From Hyalangium minutum (GTDB lineage Bacteria; Myxococcota; Myxococcia; Myxococcales; Myxococcaceae), in NCBI RefSeq assembly GCF_000737315.1, contig NZ_JMCB01000005.1, positions 20,001 through 268,000 of the forward strand: DNA of 248,000 nucleotides. Direction: 5' to 3'. Positions 239,508 through 248,000 of this stretch are shown piece by piece. Position 1 is the first letter of the stretch; every line of letters begins with the position of its first letter. The translations under genes and the position numbers were made by a program. The notes under the pieces are model-generated. The model saw only the letters and a program-made list of their open reading frames with translations, did no database searches and was not told the DNA's origin.

Positions 239508-240985
239508 GCGCGCCCGTGGAGACCGTGGGGGCCAAGGGCTCGCTCAGCGAGCGGCTGGGAGACCGCATCAACCCCCTGGTGGTGAAGGAGATCCGCCAGG
239601 GCCTGCGCACCCGCATGTTCTGGGTGTGCTTCGGGCTGATGTTGCTGGCGTGCGTGCTGCTGTCGCTGATGGCGTACGCGGACGTGAAGGACGGTGGGTA
239701 CCGGGCGCGCGGGAACACGTACTTCTTCACCTACTTCGTGTGCCTGGGGCTGGTGCACTTCTTCGTCATTCCGTACAGCGCGTACCGCTCGCTGGCGCGC
239801 GAGCGCGAGGACGAGACGTGGGTGTTGCTGGCGCTCACGGGGCTGGGGCCCCGGCGCATCCTGCGGGGCAAGGTGACATCCTTCCTGGCGCAGGCGGCGC
239901 TGTACGCCTCGGCAGTGGGGCCCTTCCTGCTGTTCAGCTACTACCTCAACGGCATCGACCTGCCGACCATCCTCCTGGTGCTGGTGCTAGGGGCAGCGTG
240001 GCTGGTGTTCCTCACGGTGCTCGGGGTGTGCGCGGCGACGCTGGCGGACGCGCGGCTGGGGCGGGCGTTCGTGCACTTCCTGGTGCTGGGCCTGCTGGCC
240101 AGCGGCGTGGCGCAGGGGCTGGGCGGGGCGTTCGCGCTCAGCGAGGGCGGCTCGCGGCTGATGCGCGAGCGCGAGTTCTTCTCCGTCATCGGCGTCGCGC
240201 TGTGGCTGATGCTCAGCTATGGGTGGCTGCTGTTCGAGGCGGCGGCGGCGCGGCTGTCGCTGGTGACGGAGGACTACTCCCGAGGGCCTCGGCGGGCGCT
240301 CATCATTCAGGTGCTGGTGAGCGCGGCGATCGTGGTGGGACTGTGGGCGAATCAGTCACATGAGCGCGAGGTCGCGGTGATAGCTGGCGTGGCCGGGTGC
240401 ATGCACCTGACGCTGTGCGGGCTCTTCGTGGTCTCGGACGTGGATGGACAGGCGCGGGCGCTGCGGTCGTCGACGCGGCCCTGGAGTCTGCTGCGGCCTG
240501 GGGCGGTGCGCGGCTTCCGGCTCATGGTGTTGCTGATCGCGGGCTGGTCCATCTTCTGCGCGCTCTTGGGGCTGAGCTCGGATGACGTGCAGAGCAACTG
240601 GCGCTCGTTGATCTACGTCACCCTGGCGGCGGCTGCATACCCCGTCCTCTACTTCGCGGTGGCCATCCTGGTGGCGAAGATGCCGCGCTCGGATCGGTTG
240701 AGCTCTCCGGCGGCGGTGCGGGTGCTGTTCATATCGCTGGCGGGCCTGGGCGCGGTGCTGCCGCCGCTGTTGGCGCTGCTGGTGGACGAGCCTGCGGACA
240801 ACGGCCTCATCAACCTGCTCAACCCCATCGTGGGCCTGGTGAACTTCGGGCAGCACGACTACGGGACAGATCTGCCGAAGATGACGGTGGAGTTGCTGTG
240901 CTTCGTCTGCGGGGTGGCCGCGCTCGCCGCCTTCGCTGCGGATCGCACCCTGATCGAGCGAGAGCAGCGGGTCCACACCTCGTGA
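239504..240985 (+). CDS. ABC-2 type permease
   Basis: NPLVVKE.RQ, ARERED.T. Confidence 0.82.
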   Translation: MSAPVETVGAKGSLSERLGDRINPLVVKEIRQGLRTRMFWVCFGLMLLACVLLSLMAYADVKDGGYRARGNTYFFTYFVCLGLVHFFVIPYSAYRSLAREREDETWVLLALTGLGPRRILRGKVTSFLAQAALYASAVGPFLLFSYYLNGIDLPTILLVLVLGAAWLVFLTVLGVCAATLADARLGRAFVHFLVLGLLASGVAQGLGGAFALSEGGSRLMREREFFSVIGVALWLMLSYGWLLFEAAAARLSLVTEDYSRGPRRALIIQVLVSAAIVVGLWANQSHEREVAVIAGVAGCMHLTLCGLFVVSDVDGQARALRSSTRPWSLLRPGAVRGFRLMVLLIAGWSIFCALLGLSSDDVQSNWRSLIYVTLAAAAYPVLYFAVAILVAKMPRSDRLSSPAAVRVLFISLAGLGAVLPPLLALLVDEPADNGLINLLNPIVGLVNFGQHDYGTDLPKMTVELLCFVCGVAALAAFAADRTLIEREQRVHTS

Positions 240986-241839
240986 GCGCGGCGGACGAGA
241001 GCGAGGTGGCTCGGCTGGCGCCGGGGTTGGCGCTGGCGCTGCCTCGGGTGCCTCACCGGGGGCGGGTAGGCGAGGTGCGCGCCTCGTCCGCGGGCTCCTC
241101 GTTGGAACTGCACGACTTCCGGGTGTACCAGCCTGGGGATGACCTGCGGCAGGTGGACTGGAACGCGGTGGCGCGGACGGGGGAGATCATCCTCCGGGTG
241201 CGGCAGGACGAGGTGTCTCCGCGAGTAGAGGTGCTGGTGGATGCGTCGCGCTCCATGGCGTTGAGCCCGGCGAAGGAGGCGCGAGCGCGGGAGGTGGCGC
241301 TGCTGGCGGTGGAGGTGGCGGCGCTGCAGGGACTGACGCCCACGCTGCTCACCACGAGCGCCCGGCCGGAGCGGACACAGGGGCAGGTGTGCCGCTCGGC
241401 GCTGCGGGCGTCGGCGTTCGATGCGAAGGATGATCTGGGAGCCGCACTCGGGAGGATGCCGCCGCTGCGGCCGTGTGGCCTGCGGGTGGTGGTGAGCGAC
241501 TTCCTCTTCGAGGCGGACTTGTCTGGGCTGATGGCTCGGCTGGCGCGAGGGGCCTCGGCGCTGTTCGTGGTGCAGGTGCTGGACGCGGAGGACCTGGATC
241601 CCACGGGAGGCGAGGGGGCGCGGCTGGTGGACGCGGAGAGCGGCGCGGCGTTGGAGGAACTGCTGACCGAGGACGTGCTGGCCGCCTACGCACGCCGCTT
241701 CGCCGAGCACCAGCGCGCGCTGCGGGCTGCAGCGGCTCGGGCGAGGGCGACCCTGGTGACAGCGCCCGCACCGGAGCGGCTGAGCACGCTGGTGCGAGGC
241801 CCGCTGCGGCCGCTCTTCGTATCGGGAGGAGCGGCGTGA
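240982..241839 (+). CDS. DUF58 domain protein
   Basis: DFRVYQPGDDLRQVDW, DASRSM. Confidence 0.88.
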   Translation: MSAADESEVARLAPGLALALPRVPHRGRVGEVRASSAGSSLELHDFRVYQPGDDLRQVDWNAVARTGEIILRVRQDEVSPRVEVLVDASRSMALSPAKEARAREVALLAVEVAALQGLTPTLLTTSARPERTQGQVCRSALRASAFDAKDDLGAALGRMPPLRPCGLRVVVSDFLFEADLSGLMARLARGASALFVVQVLDAEDLDPTGGEGARLVDAESGAALEELLTEDVLAAYARRFAEHQRALRAAAARARATLVTAPAPERLSTLVRGPLRPLFVSGGAA

Positions 241840-243554
241840 GCTTTGGCTTCCCATGGGGGCTGCTGGCGCTGGGGGCGTTGGTGCCACTGGCGGCGGCGTA
241901 CTTCCTGCGGCGGCGGCAGAAGCCGGTGACGGTGAGCGCGCTGTTCCTGTGGCGCACGCCTCGGCCACGCGCGGAGGCGGGTCCGCGCTTCGAGCGCTTC
242001 ACGCGGGAGTCCTCGCTGCTGCTGGAGGCGCTGGCGGTGGTGGCGGCGGCGCTGTTCCTGGCGGACGTGCGCTTCAGCGAGGACACGCGGGCGCGGCACG
242101 TGGTGCTGGTGGTGGATGGGAGCCTCTCGTTGTCGGCGCGAGGGGCGGATGGGGTGACGGTGCTGGAGCGGGTACGCCGGGAGGCGGCCAGGCGGGTGGA
242201 GGAGGAGCGCGCCACGCGGGTGACGGTGCTGGCGAGCGGCTCGGTGCCTCGGGCGATCGCGGGCCCGGAGGCGGAGCCCTCGCGGGCGCTGGGAGCGTTG
242301 GAGTCCTTTCAGGCGCTGGGGGCGGACCACGACGTGACGGCCACGCTGCTGTGGGCGCAGGAACTGGCGGGGCCGGGACGTCGGGTGCACTTCTTCACGG
242401 ACGTGCTGCCAGCCGAGGGTGCGGTGGTGCCTCCGGCGGTGCGGTGGACGGCGCTGGGGACGGTTCGGGACAACGTGGCGCTCGTGTCGGCGCAGCGGCG
242501 GGACGAGGGCACGAAGGCGACGGTGACGCTGCGGGTGGCACGGTTTGGCGGGCCGGACTCGGTGGAGGTGCGGGTACGCGCGCAGCCGGGGCCGGGAGCG
242601 AAGGAGGGGACCGAGCAGCGCGAGGTGGTGCGGCTGCCCACGGAAGGTGCGGCGACTGTGCGCTTCACCTTTGAGAACGCGGGCGATGTGGAGGTGATGT
242701 TGCCGGACGACGCGCTGCCGGAGGATGGGCAGGCTCGGCTGGTGCCCTCGGCGGTGCGTCGGGTGCGTGTGGCGCTGGCGGAGGGACTGGAGCCGCGGAC
242801 GAAGCAGGCGCTGGAGCGCTTCCTATCGGTGGCACCCGATGTGGAGACGGCGGCCGGGGAGGGCGCGCTGATCGTGGGGCCGAGGGGCACGACCGCGAGA
242901 GTGACGGTGGGGGCGGGGGGCACGCTGCGGACATTCCTGGGGCCGTTCTTCTCGGAGAAGGGGCACCCGCTGCTGGACGACGTGCAGCTCGCGGGTGTGC
243001 GGTGGACGGCGGGAGACAATCCACCGGGCCGGGCGCTCATCACGGCGGGGGACGCGGTGCTGCTGGCCGAGGAGGACGGGCGGGTGCACGTCAACCTGGA
243101 ACTGTCGCGTTCGAATCTGCAGCGCACGCCCGCGTGGCCCGTGCTGCTGGGCAACCTGCTGCGCGAGGCCCAGCGCACGCGGGAGGGATTCCCGCGCAGG
243201 CATCTGACGCTGGGAGAGCCCCTGCCGGTGGTGACGCAGCCAGGGGCGCGCTACACGCTGGAGGGCCCGCTGGGAGAGAAGCCAGTCTTCGGAGCGGGCT
243301 CGTTGACCCTGCCTGCGCCGCCCGTGCCGGGCCGCTACACGCTGGAGCGGGATGGAGAGCCGGTGGACGCGACGGAGGTGCTGGCGCTGGACGCACGCGA
243401 GTCGGATCTGCGCGCGAGGAGCAGCGGCGAGCGGGAGGCCACTGCGGCGGAGAAAGAGGAGAGCAGCACGGGCTCATCGAGCCGGGCGCGCTGGCCCCTG
243501 CTGGTGTTGCTGGGAGCGCTGTTGGCGGACTTCTACGTCACACGGCGGAAGTAG
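241836..243554 (+). CDS. BatA/VWA domain protein
   Basis: SFGFPWGL, VSALFLW, DGSLSL. Confidence 0.82.
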   Translation: MSFGFPWGLLALGALVPLAAAYFLRRRQKPVTVSALFLWRTPRPRAEAGPRFERFTRESSLLLEALAVVAAALFLADVRFSEDTRARHVVLVVDGSLSLSARGADGVTVLERVRREAARRVEEERATRVTVLASGSVPRAIAGPEAEPSRALGALESFQALGADHDVTATLLWAQELAGPGRRVHFFTDVLPAEGAVVPPAVRWTALGTVRDNVALVSAQRRDEGTKATVTLRVARFGGPDSVEVRVRAQPGPGAKEGTEQREVVRLPTEGAATVRFTFENAGDVEVMLPDDALPEDGQARLVPSAVRRVRVALAEGLEPRTKQALERFLSVAPDVETAAGEGALIVGPRGTTARVTVGAGGTLRTFLGPFFSEKGHPLLDDVQLAGVRWTAGDNPPGRALITAGDAVLLAEEDGRVHVNLELSRSNLQRTPAWPVLLGNLLREAQRTREGFPRRHLTLGEPLPVVTQPGARYTLEGPLGEKPVFGAGSLTLPAPPVPGRYTLERDGEPVDATEVLALDARESDLRARSSGEREATAAEKEESSTGSSSRARWPLLVLLGALLADFYVTRRK

Positions 243555-243598
243555 CGAGGAGTGCGCGGATAAGCCTGCGCCTCGAGAACCGCCTACCC

Positions 243599-243626
243599 GG
243601 GCTCCAGCACGAACAGATGGCCCTCA
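243599..243626 (+). repeat. Direct repeat copy A (26 of 28 nt match copy B)
   Basis: GGGCTCCAGCACGAACAGATGGCCCTCA; reverse strand reads EGHLFVLEPG-stop. Confidence 0.8.
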
Positions 243627-243880
243627 CTGGTCACTCACGAGAGAAGCTCCGGCGGGTTGCAATGCGTCTTGTGGGGGAACTGCCGCTGTTGCCGGGCGCT
243701 GGTCTCAAGAACCTGTCTGACAAGTAGACCACCTCGCTTCAGGCTCTTGGGAAAGGGAGTCAACTGGAGCCCTGCAGCGGTCTGGTAGCACTCTGGACCT
243801 GGGGGATCGTGTGTGCGGCAGCCGACCCATGAGGTAGGTTCTATCCCTGCAGAGGAAGCTCAGCCTGCAGGGAGCGAAAG

Positions 243881-245473
243881 ATGGACGTGCCGCTGCTCGA
243901 TGCGGATGCGGACGTGAGGAGCCTTCCGCATGGGACGAGGGTTGGACCCTGGCGGCTGAAGGGGGGACGGGGTATCGGGGCTTACGGCGCCGTGTACCGC
244001 GCTGAGCGGGTGGGCCACGAGGAAGCGGGAGATGCTGCCCTCAAGATGGCCCTCCACCCCAGGGATCCTCGCTTCAAGAGGGAAGCAGAGATGCTGAGGC
244101 GGACGCGTCATCCGAATGTACCGCGCCTGCTCGACAGCGGAGAGTGGCGGCATCCGAACGGCTTCCACCATCCGTTCATCGTGATGGAGCGCATCGATGG
244201 TGAGCCACTCTACGCGTGGGCCGAGCGCCGCAACCCGGACACGAGGCAGGTGCTGCGGTTGTTGGCTCAGGCCGCTCGGGCCCTGCAAGCTACGCATGAG
244301 GCGGGGGGAGTGCACCGGGACGTCAAGGGCGACAATGTCCTGGTTCGGCCCGTGGATGAATGGCTCTTCCTGATGGACTTCGGAGCGGGGGATTACGTGG
244401 GAGCAGAGCGGTTGACCGCCTCCCGCCTGCCGCCAGGAACTCCGCCCTACCGCAGCCCTGAGGCGTGGGCCGCCAGCAGAAACCCCTGGAGGAAGCCGCA
244501 CGAGCGATATGTTGCCGGGCCCGCCGATGATGTGTTCGCCTTGGGTGTCATGGCCTACCGGTTGGTGACAGACGAGTATCCGCCCTTCACGGATGCGAGC
244601 AGCGAAGAGGGCCAGTGCTGGCAACCTGGGGGCAGTGGGCCTCGGCCGCCAAGCGAGGTGAATTCCCGAGTGGGCCCCGAACTGGATGCCGTCATCCAAC
244701 GCATGCTGTCGCTGAACCCGAAGAAGCGGGGAACCGCCCAGGAGTTGGCGGAGGTAATGGAGCAGAGCGCCGCGCAGGTCCGTTCCGTGTCGGGCGAAGG
244801 CTTGTTCCAGTGGGAGACGCCGCAGTCCTCTGCATGGTCCCACGGGGAGGCGACCGACGTCGAGCGGCTCGGGCATCGCTTGCGGCGAAGAAACAGGAAG
244901 GCGGTGCTCGCGGCGGTGGACGCGGACGCCACCAAGAGAGCAACGGTCCATCGTCAGCAGGCAGTGGCAGGCGCCAAGACCGCGCTGCGTGGTGAGCGCG
245001 AGGTGTTGAGGGCACAGGGCCTGTCTGGGTTCGCCTTGATGGCGGCGACGGCCCTGGCGGTCCTGTTGTTATGGCTGCAGCAGCGGGAGTCCCTGAGTTC
245101 CCAGGAGGGAGTACCTGTTGCTCGCGGCACGCGCTCGGGGGAGCAGCGCGATGGAGGAGTCACCCACGTAGGGGACACCGCAGTGTCCGCTGTCTCCTCT
245201 GGTGAGCAGTCTCCGATGGGCAAGGGTGTTGCGGTCGAAGCGCCGCCCAAGCCTTTCCCAGGCCAGCTCAGGCCTGATCTCAACGGCCGCTGCCGGAAGG
245301 GGCAGTATTCGATCAACGGAGGGTGTTGGCTGAGAGTGGAGGTGAGTGACTTGGAGGACTGCAAAGGCGTCAAAAACGGCGTTGAGTTCGAGCAGTCCTG
245401 CTACACGCCGATTTTCCCTTCCAAACGAGAGCCGACCTCTGCTCCCGTGAGTCCCGTAGAACCGGAGCGTTGA
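243881..245473 (+). CDS. Ser/Thr kinase with Cys-rich C-terminal domain
   Basis: GIGAYG, HRDVKGDN, DFG, PPGT.PYRSPE. Confidence 0.87.
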   Translation: MDVPLLDADADVRSLPHGTRVGPWRLKGGRGIGAYGAVYRAERVGHEEAGDAALKMALHPRDPRFKREAEMLRRTRHPNVPRLLDSGEWRHPNGFHHPFIVMERIDGEPLYAWAERRNPDTRQVLRLLAQAARALQATHEAGGVHRDVKGDNVLVRPVDEWLFLMDFGAGDYVGAERLTASRLPPGTPPYRSPEAWAASRNPWRKPHERYVAGPADDVFALGVMAYRLVTDEYPPFTDASSEEGQCWQPGGSGPRPPSEVNSRVGPELDAVIQRMLSLNPKKRGTAQELAEVMEQSAAQVRSVSGEGLFQWETPQSSAWSHGEATDVERLGHRLRRRNRKAVLAAVDADATKRATVHRQQAVAGAKTALRGEREVLRAQGLSGFALMAATALAVLLLWLQQRESLSSQEGVPVARGTRSGEQRDGGVTHVGDTAVSAVSSGEQSPMGKGVAVEAPPKPFPGQLRPDLNGRCRKGQYSINGGCWLRVEVSDLEDCKGVKNGVEFEQSCYTPIFPSKREPTSAPVSPVEPER

Positions 245474-245494
245474 AGCTCAGTCTCATCAGGCCGT

Positions 245495-246352
245495 TCACTT
245501 CTGGGGCTCCAGCACGAACAACTGGCCCTCAGTGTCGAGGAACTTCGTCTCCCTGCCGCGCGGCAGTCGGAGCTTCACGTGGCGGCCGTTCCACTCCGCC
245601 GTGTGCCCGTCCGAGAAGCTCCGCCCGGACGTCCGCAGATAATCCAGCAGGCCGGAGAACATCCCGAACGTCTCTTCTCCCTCGGCGTGGCTCCGCGCGT
245701 GCCAGGCCAGCTCCGGCAGCCCCAGCATCGGCGCTCCATATGTCCGCATCCACACCCCCGCCTCCCCCTCCACTTCCAGCTTTACGAAGCCTACGTAGAG
245801 CGCCGTGAGCGGCATCGTCCGCAGCAGTTCCAGCAGGTCCTCTCCCTCCTCTGGAATCAACGCCTGCGCCGGGAACGAGGTGTGCGCGCTCTCGTTCAGC
245901 ACCACCAGCGCCCCCTCCTTCGCCAGCGCCACCGCCACCAGCCCCAGTGCCACGAACTGTTCCAGCCGGTCCGGCTCCTCCCCCGCGTAGAACAGCAGCG
246001 CGTGCGCCGCATGCGCCCGGGCCTGTTCCTTCAAGTCGGCCCCGAAGTGCGCTGGCCCCACGCACAGCTCCACCACCGCCCCCGGCATCGGCTTGCTGAA
246101 CACCACCACCTGCACCCCGTGCTTGCCCCACCGCGCCACGCCGACCTCGGCGCCCATCGTGGTGCTCGCCTGCCGGTCGAACTCGAAGCGCGCGCCGGAG
246201 AGCGAGGGGTGAAACCCCTGGAGCGTCCGCGACAGCACATTCACGTCCAGCCGCAGCGGGCGGGGAAGCAGGAGCTGGAGGCTCAACGGCGTCTCACGAC
246301 GCGGAGCCGCTTCCGTCTTCTGCCTTCCCAAGATTCGATCGAAGAAGCCCAT
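245495..246352 (-). CDS. DUF4261-like protein
   Basis: WMRTYG...GLPEL, DGHTA. Confidence 0.65.
   Translation of the reverse strand: MGFFDRILGRQKTEAAPRRETPLSLQLLLPRPLRLDVNVLSRTLQGFHPSLSGARFEFDRQASTTMGAEVGVARWGKHGVQVVVFSKPMPGAVVELCVGPAHFGADLKEQARAHAAHALLFYAGEEPDRLEQFVALGLVAVALAKEGALVVLNESAHTSFPAQALIPEEGEDLLELLRTMPLTALYVGFVKLEVEGEAGVWMRTYGAPMLGLPELAWHARSHAEGEETFGMFSGLLDYLRTSGRSFSDGHTAEWNGRHVKLRLPRGRETKFLDTEGQLFVLEPQK
245504..245531 (+). repeat. Direct repeat copy B, within the 3' end of the next gene
   Basis: GGGCTCCAGCACGAACAACTGGCCCTCA; reverse strand reads EGQLFVLEPQK-stop. Confidence 0.8.
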
Positions 246353-246409
246353 GCCCCGGCGGCTTACCACACCCTCCCGAGGCATAGGCTCCGGTCTCAG
246401 TGGCTCCGA

Positions 246410-246940
246410 CTACTGGATGTAGCCGACGGTCTCGCCGCGGTCGAGGAACTCACCCTTGGAGGTGTAGCTGGAGTACCAGGAGGTGTTGTTCGTGCCGTAG
246501 CGGTCGTACTGCATGTGGGTGTGGGGGCCGGTGACGTTGCCCGTGCCGCCCTCGTCGCCAATCTGGCAGCGGTCGCAGGTCTTGTCGACCGAGGTGGGCT
246601 CCTTGAGGAAGTGCCACTGGCGGATGACGTAGTCATTCGCGAAGGTGTGCTTCACCTCGTTCTGGTTGCCGCTGCCGTTGCCGTAGCACACGACGGCGGT
246701 GGTGCGGATGGTGACGTTCCAGGACATCGAACCCACCACGCCCGTCTCGACACCCCAGTAGCCGCAAGCGTTGCGGCTGGAGATGTCCACCGCGCCGTGG
246801 AACGTGCCGCTCGAGTAATAGGTGGTGGCCGTCACATCGCCCGGGAAGGGCGAGCCCACCCGGTACGACGCGATCGCGACCGCGGGGATGAACGCCAGGG
246901 AGGCCAGCACTGCCATCGTTGTCTTCATCGTCTTGCGCAT
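246410..246940 (-). CDS. Secreted M23-family metallopeptidase-like protein
   Basis: HGAVD (HxxxD), GGTGNVTGPHTH (HxH). Confidence 0.72.
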   Translation of the reverse strand: MRKTMKTTMAVLASLAFIPAVAIASYRVGSPFPGDVTATTYYSSGTFHGAVDISSRNACGYWGVETGVVGSMSWNVTIRTTAVVCYGNGSGNQNEVKHTFANDYVIRQWHFLKEPTSVDKTCDRCQIGDEGGTGNVTGPHTHMQYDRYGTNNTSWYSSYTSKGEFLDRGETVGYIQ

Positions 246941-246986
246941 CGTTGTTCCTCTCGGGCCGGAAGTCCGGCCCCCGGGGGGAGGGGTA

Positions 246987-247994
246987 CTACCGAGCCTGCT
247001 GCAACCGCTGCTTCTCCCTCTGGATCAGGCTCCAATCCTGAAGGTTCATGTTGAGGACTCGAATCCAGGAGTCGATCTCCGGCGCGAGGCTCGGGTCGAC
247101 GCCGCGCAACCGCTGGAGCTCGGGCACCGCGCCGGCGAAGCCGAGCTGGGCGATGCTCTGGAGGATGGACTTGCGCACGGCCGTGTCCTGCTCGCCGCGG
247201 TACATGCCGAGCAGCGCCTGCCGGGCGTTGGTCATCTCCGCCACGGGCACGCCTCCGAGCGCGGTGGAGGCCGCCGCGCGAATCTCCGCGGAGTCGCTGC
247301 GCAGCAACTGCTCGAGCGTGCGGGCGGACCCGGCGCTGATCTCCCCCGTCATGAGCTGACCGAGGATCTGCGTCGTCACCTTCGGGTCCGAGGAGGCCAC
247401 CGCCGCCGCCGCGGCCACGGCGGTGTCCGCCGCCCGGGCGTCGCGCCCGCCGTAGACATGCCGGTTGTCCTCGACGAGGTTGGTCGCGGCCTCTTGGCGC
247501 ACCTCGGGCGAGGGATCTCTCACCAGCCGCTCGTACATGTCCCCCGTGCGCTCCAGGGCGCCGGTGCGCCGCAGCGCGCGGATCGTGGCGGCGCGAAGGC
247601 TCGGGTCCCTGTCCTCCAGGGCGCGCTTCGCGACGGCCTGCATCGCCTCGTCCTCCAGGCCCCGTTCGGTGCGCGCCACCAGGGCCGCCGCGAGGTGCTC
247701 GACCATGACGGGGTCGTACTCGCGCTCGAAGGCGGCCTGGAGCTCGGGGAGGGGCAGGTTGACGGCGGACTCGCGCAGGAGCGTGCGCAGGTAGAGCTTG
247801 TAGGCCTCGGACTTCGAGCCGAGCCCACGGCGGATGGAGCCCATCAATCCCTCGACCGAGCAGGTGCCGGCCTTGAGGGTGGGAGCCTCGGACGAGGAGG
247901 CCGGCGGCTCGGCCAGGGCCAGCGCCGGAGCGAGGAGGCCGACGGTGAGGGCCAGGGTGGGGAGCACATTCATGCGAGGGAAGAGGCGGGTCAT
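246987..247994 (-). CDS. Secreted HEAT-repeat protein
   Basis: Signal peptide; DP...VR.EAA-type repeats. Confidence 0.7.
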   Translation of the reverse strand: MTRLFPRMNVLPTLALTVGLLAPALALAEPPASSSEAPTLKAGTCSVEGLMGSIRRGLGSKSEAYKLYLRTLLRESAVNLPLPELQAAFEREYDPVMVEHLAAALVARTERGLEDEAMQAVAKRALEDRDPSLRAATIRALRRTGALERTGDMYERLVRDPSPEVRQEAATNLVEDNRHVYGGRDARAADTAVAAAAAVASSDPKVTTQILGQLMTGEISAGSARTLEQLLRSDSAEIRAAASTALGGVPVAEMTNARQALLGMYRGEQDTAVRKSILQSIAQLGFAGAVPELQRLRGVDPSLAPEIDSWIRVLNMNLQDWSLIQREKQRLQQAR

Positions 247995-248000
247995 GGGGAG

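Overview
High-GC (about 70% by eye) myxobacterial chromosome segment, most likely Archangiaceae (Hyalangium-like). The assignment rests on MYXO-CTERM proteins, TIGR02265/TIGR02266 families, Sit toxins and an mcc-like cluster. I found no rRNA, tRNA, CRISPR array, integrase or transposase. A conserved backbone (starch/maltodextrin uptake, cobalamin uptake with riboswitch, PTS-Man/HprK/RapZ, metK-ahcY, argS, TonB-ExbBD, two MoxR/VWA operons) is interspersed with accessory modules. The most notable are: (1) a duplicated microcin C-like peptide-nucleotide cluster with two unannotated Asn-terminated precursors (36 and 46 aa), two ThiF/MccB enzymes, a HIT hydrolase and a C39-peptidase exporter; (2) a candidate prenyl-indole cluster (tryptophanase, heme-oxygenase-like/DMATS fusion, indole monooxygenase, FAD oxidase, V4R-like protein); (3) a defence-like locus with a Septu-type ATPase+HNH pair divergent from a SIR2 protein fused to a catalytically dead CHAT domain; (4) an orphan Tad minor-pilin module; (5) intact and decayed toxin-immunity cassettes with associated Ser/Thr kinases, one of them bracketed by a 28-bp direct repeat that duplicates a gene 3' end; (6) a candidate structured ncRNA downstream of ahcY. 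All product calls are motif-based recognition from the translations, not database searches. Start codons were adjusted by eye where the ORF track overshoots.
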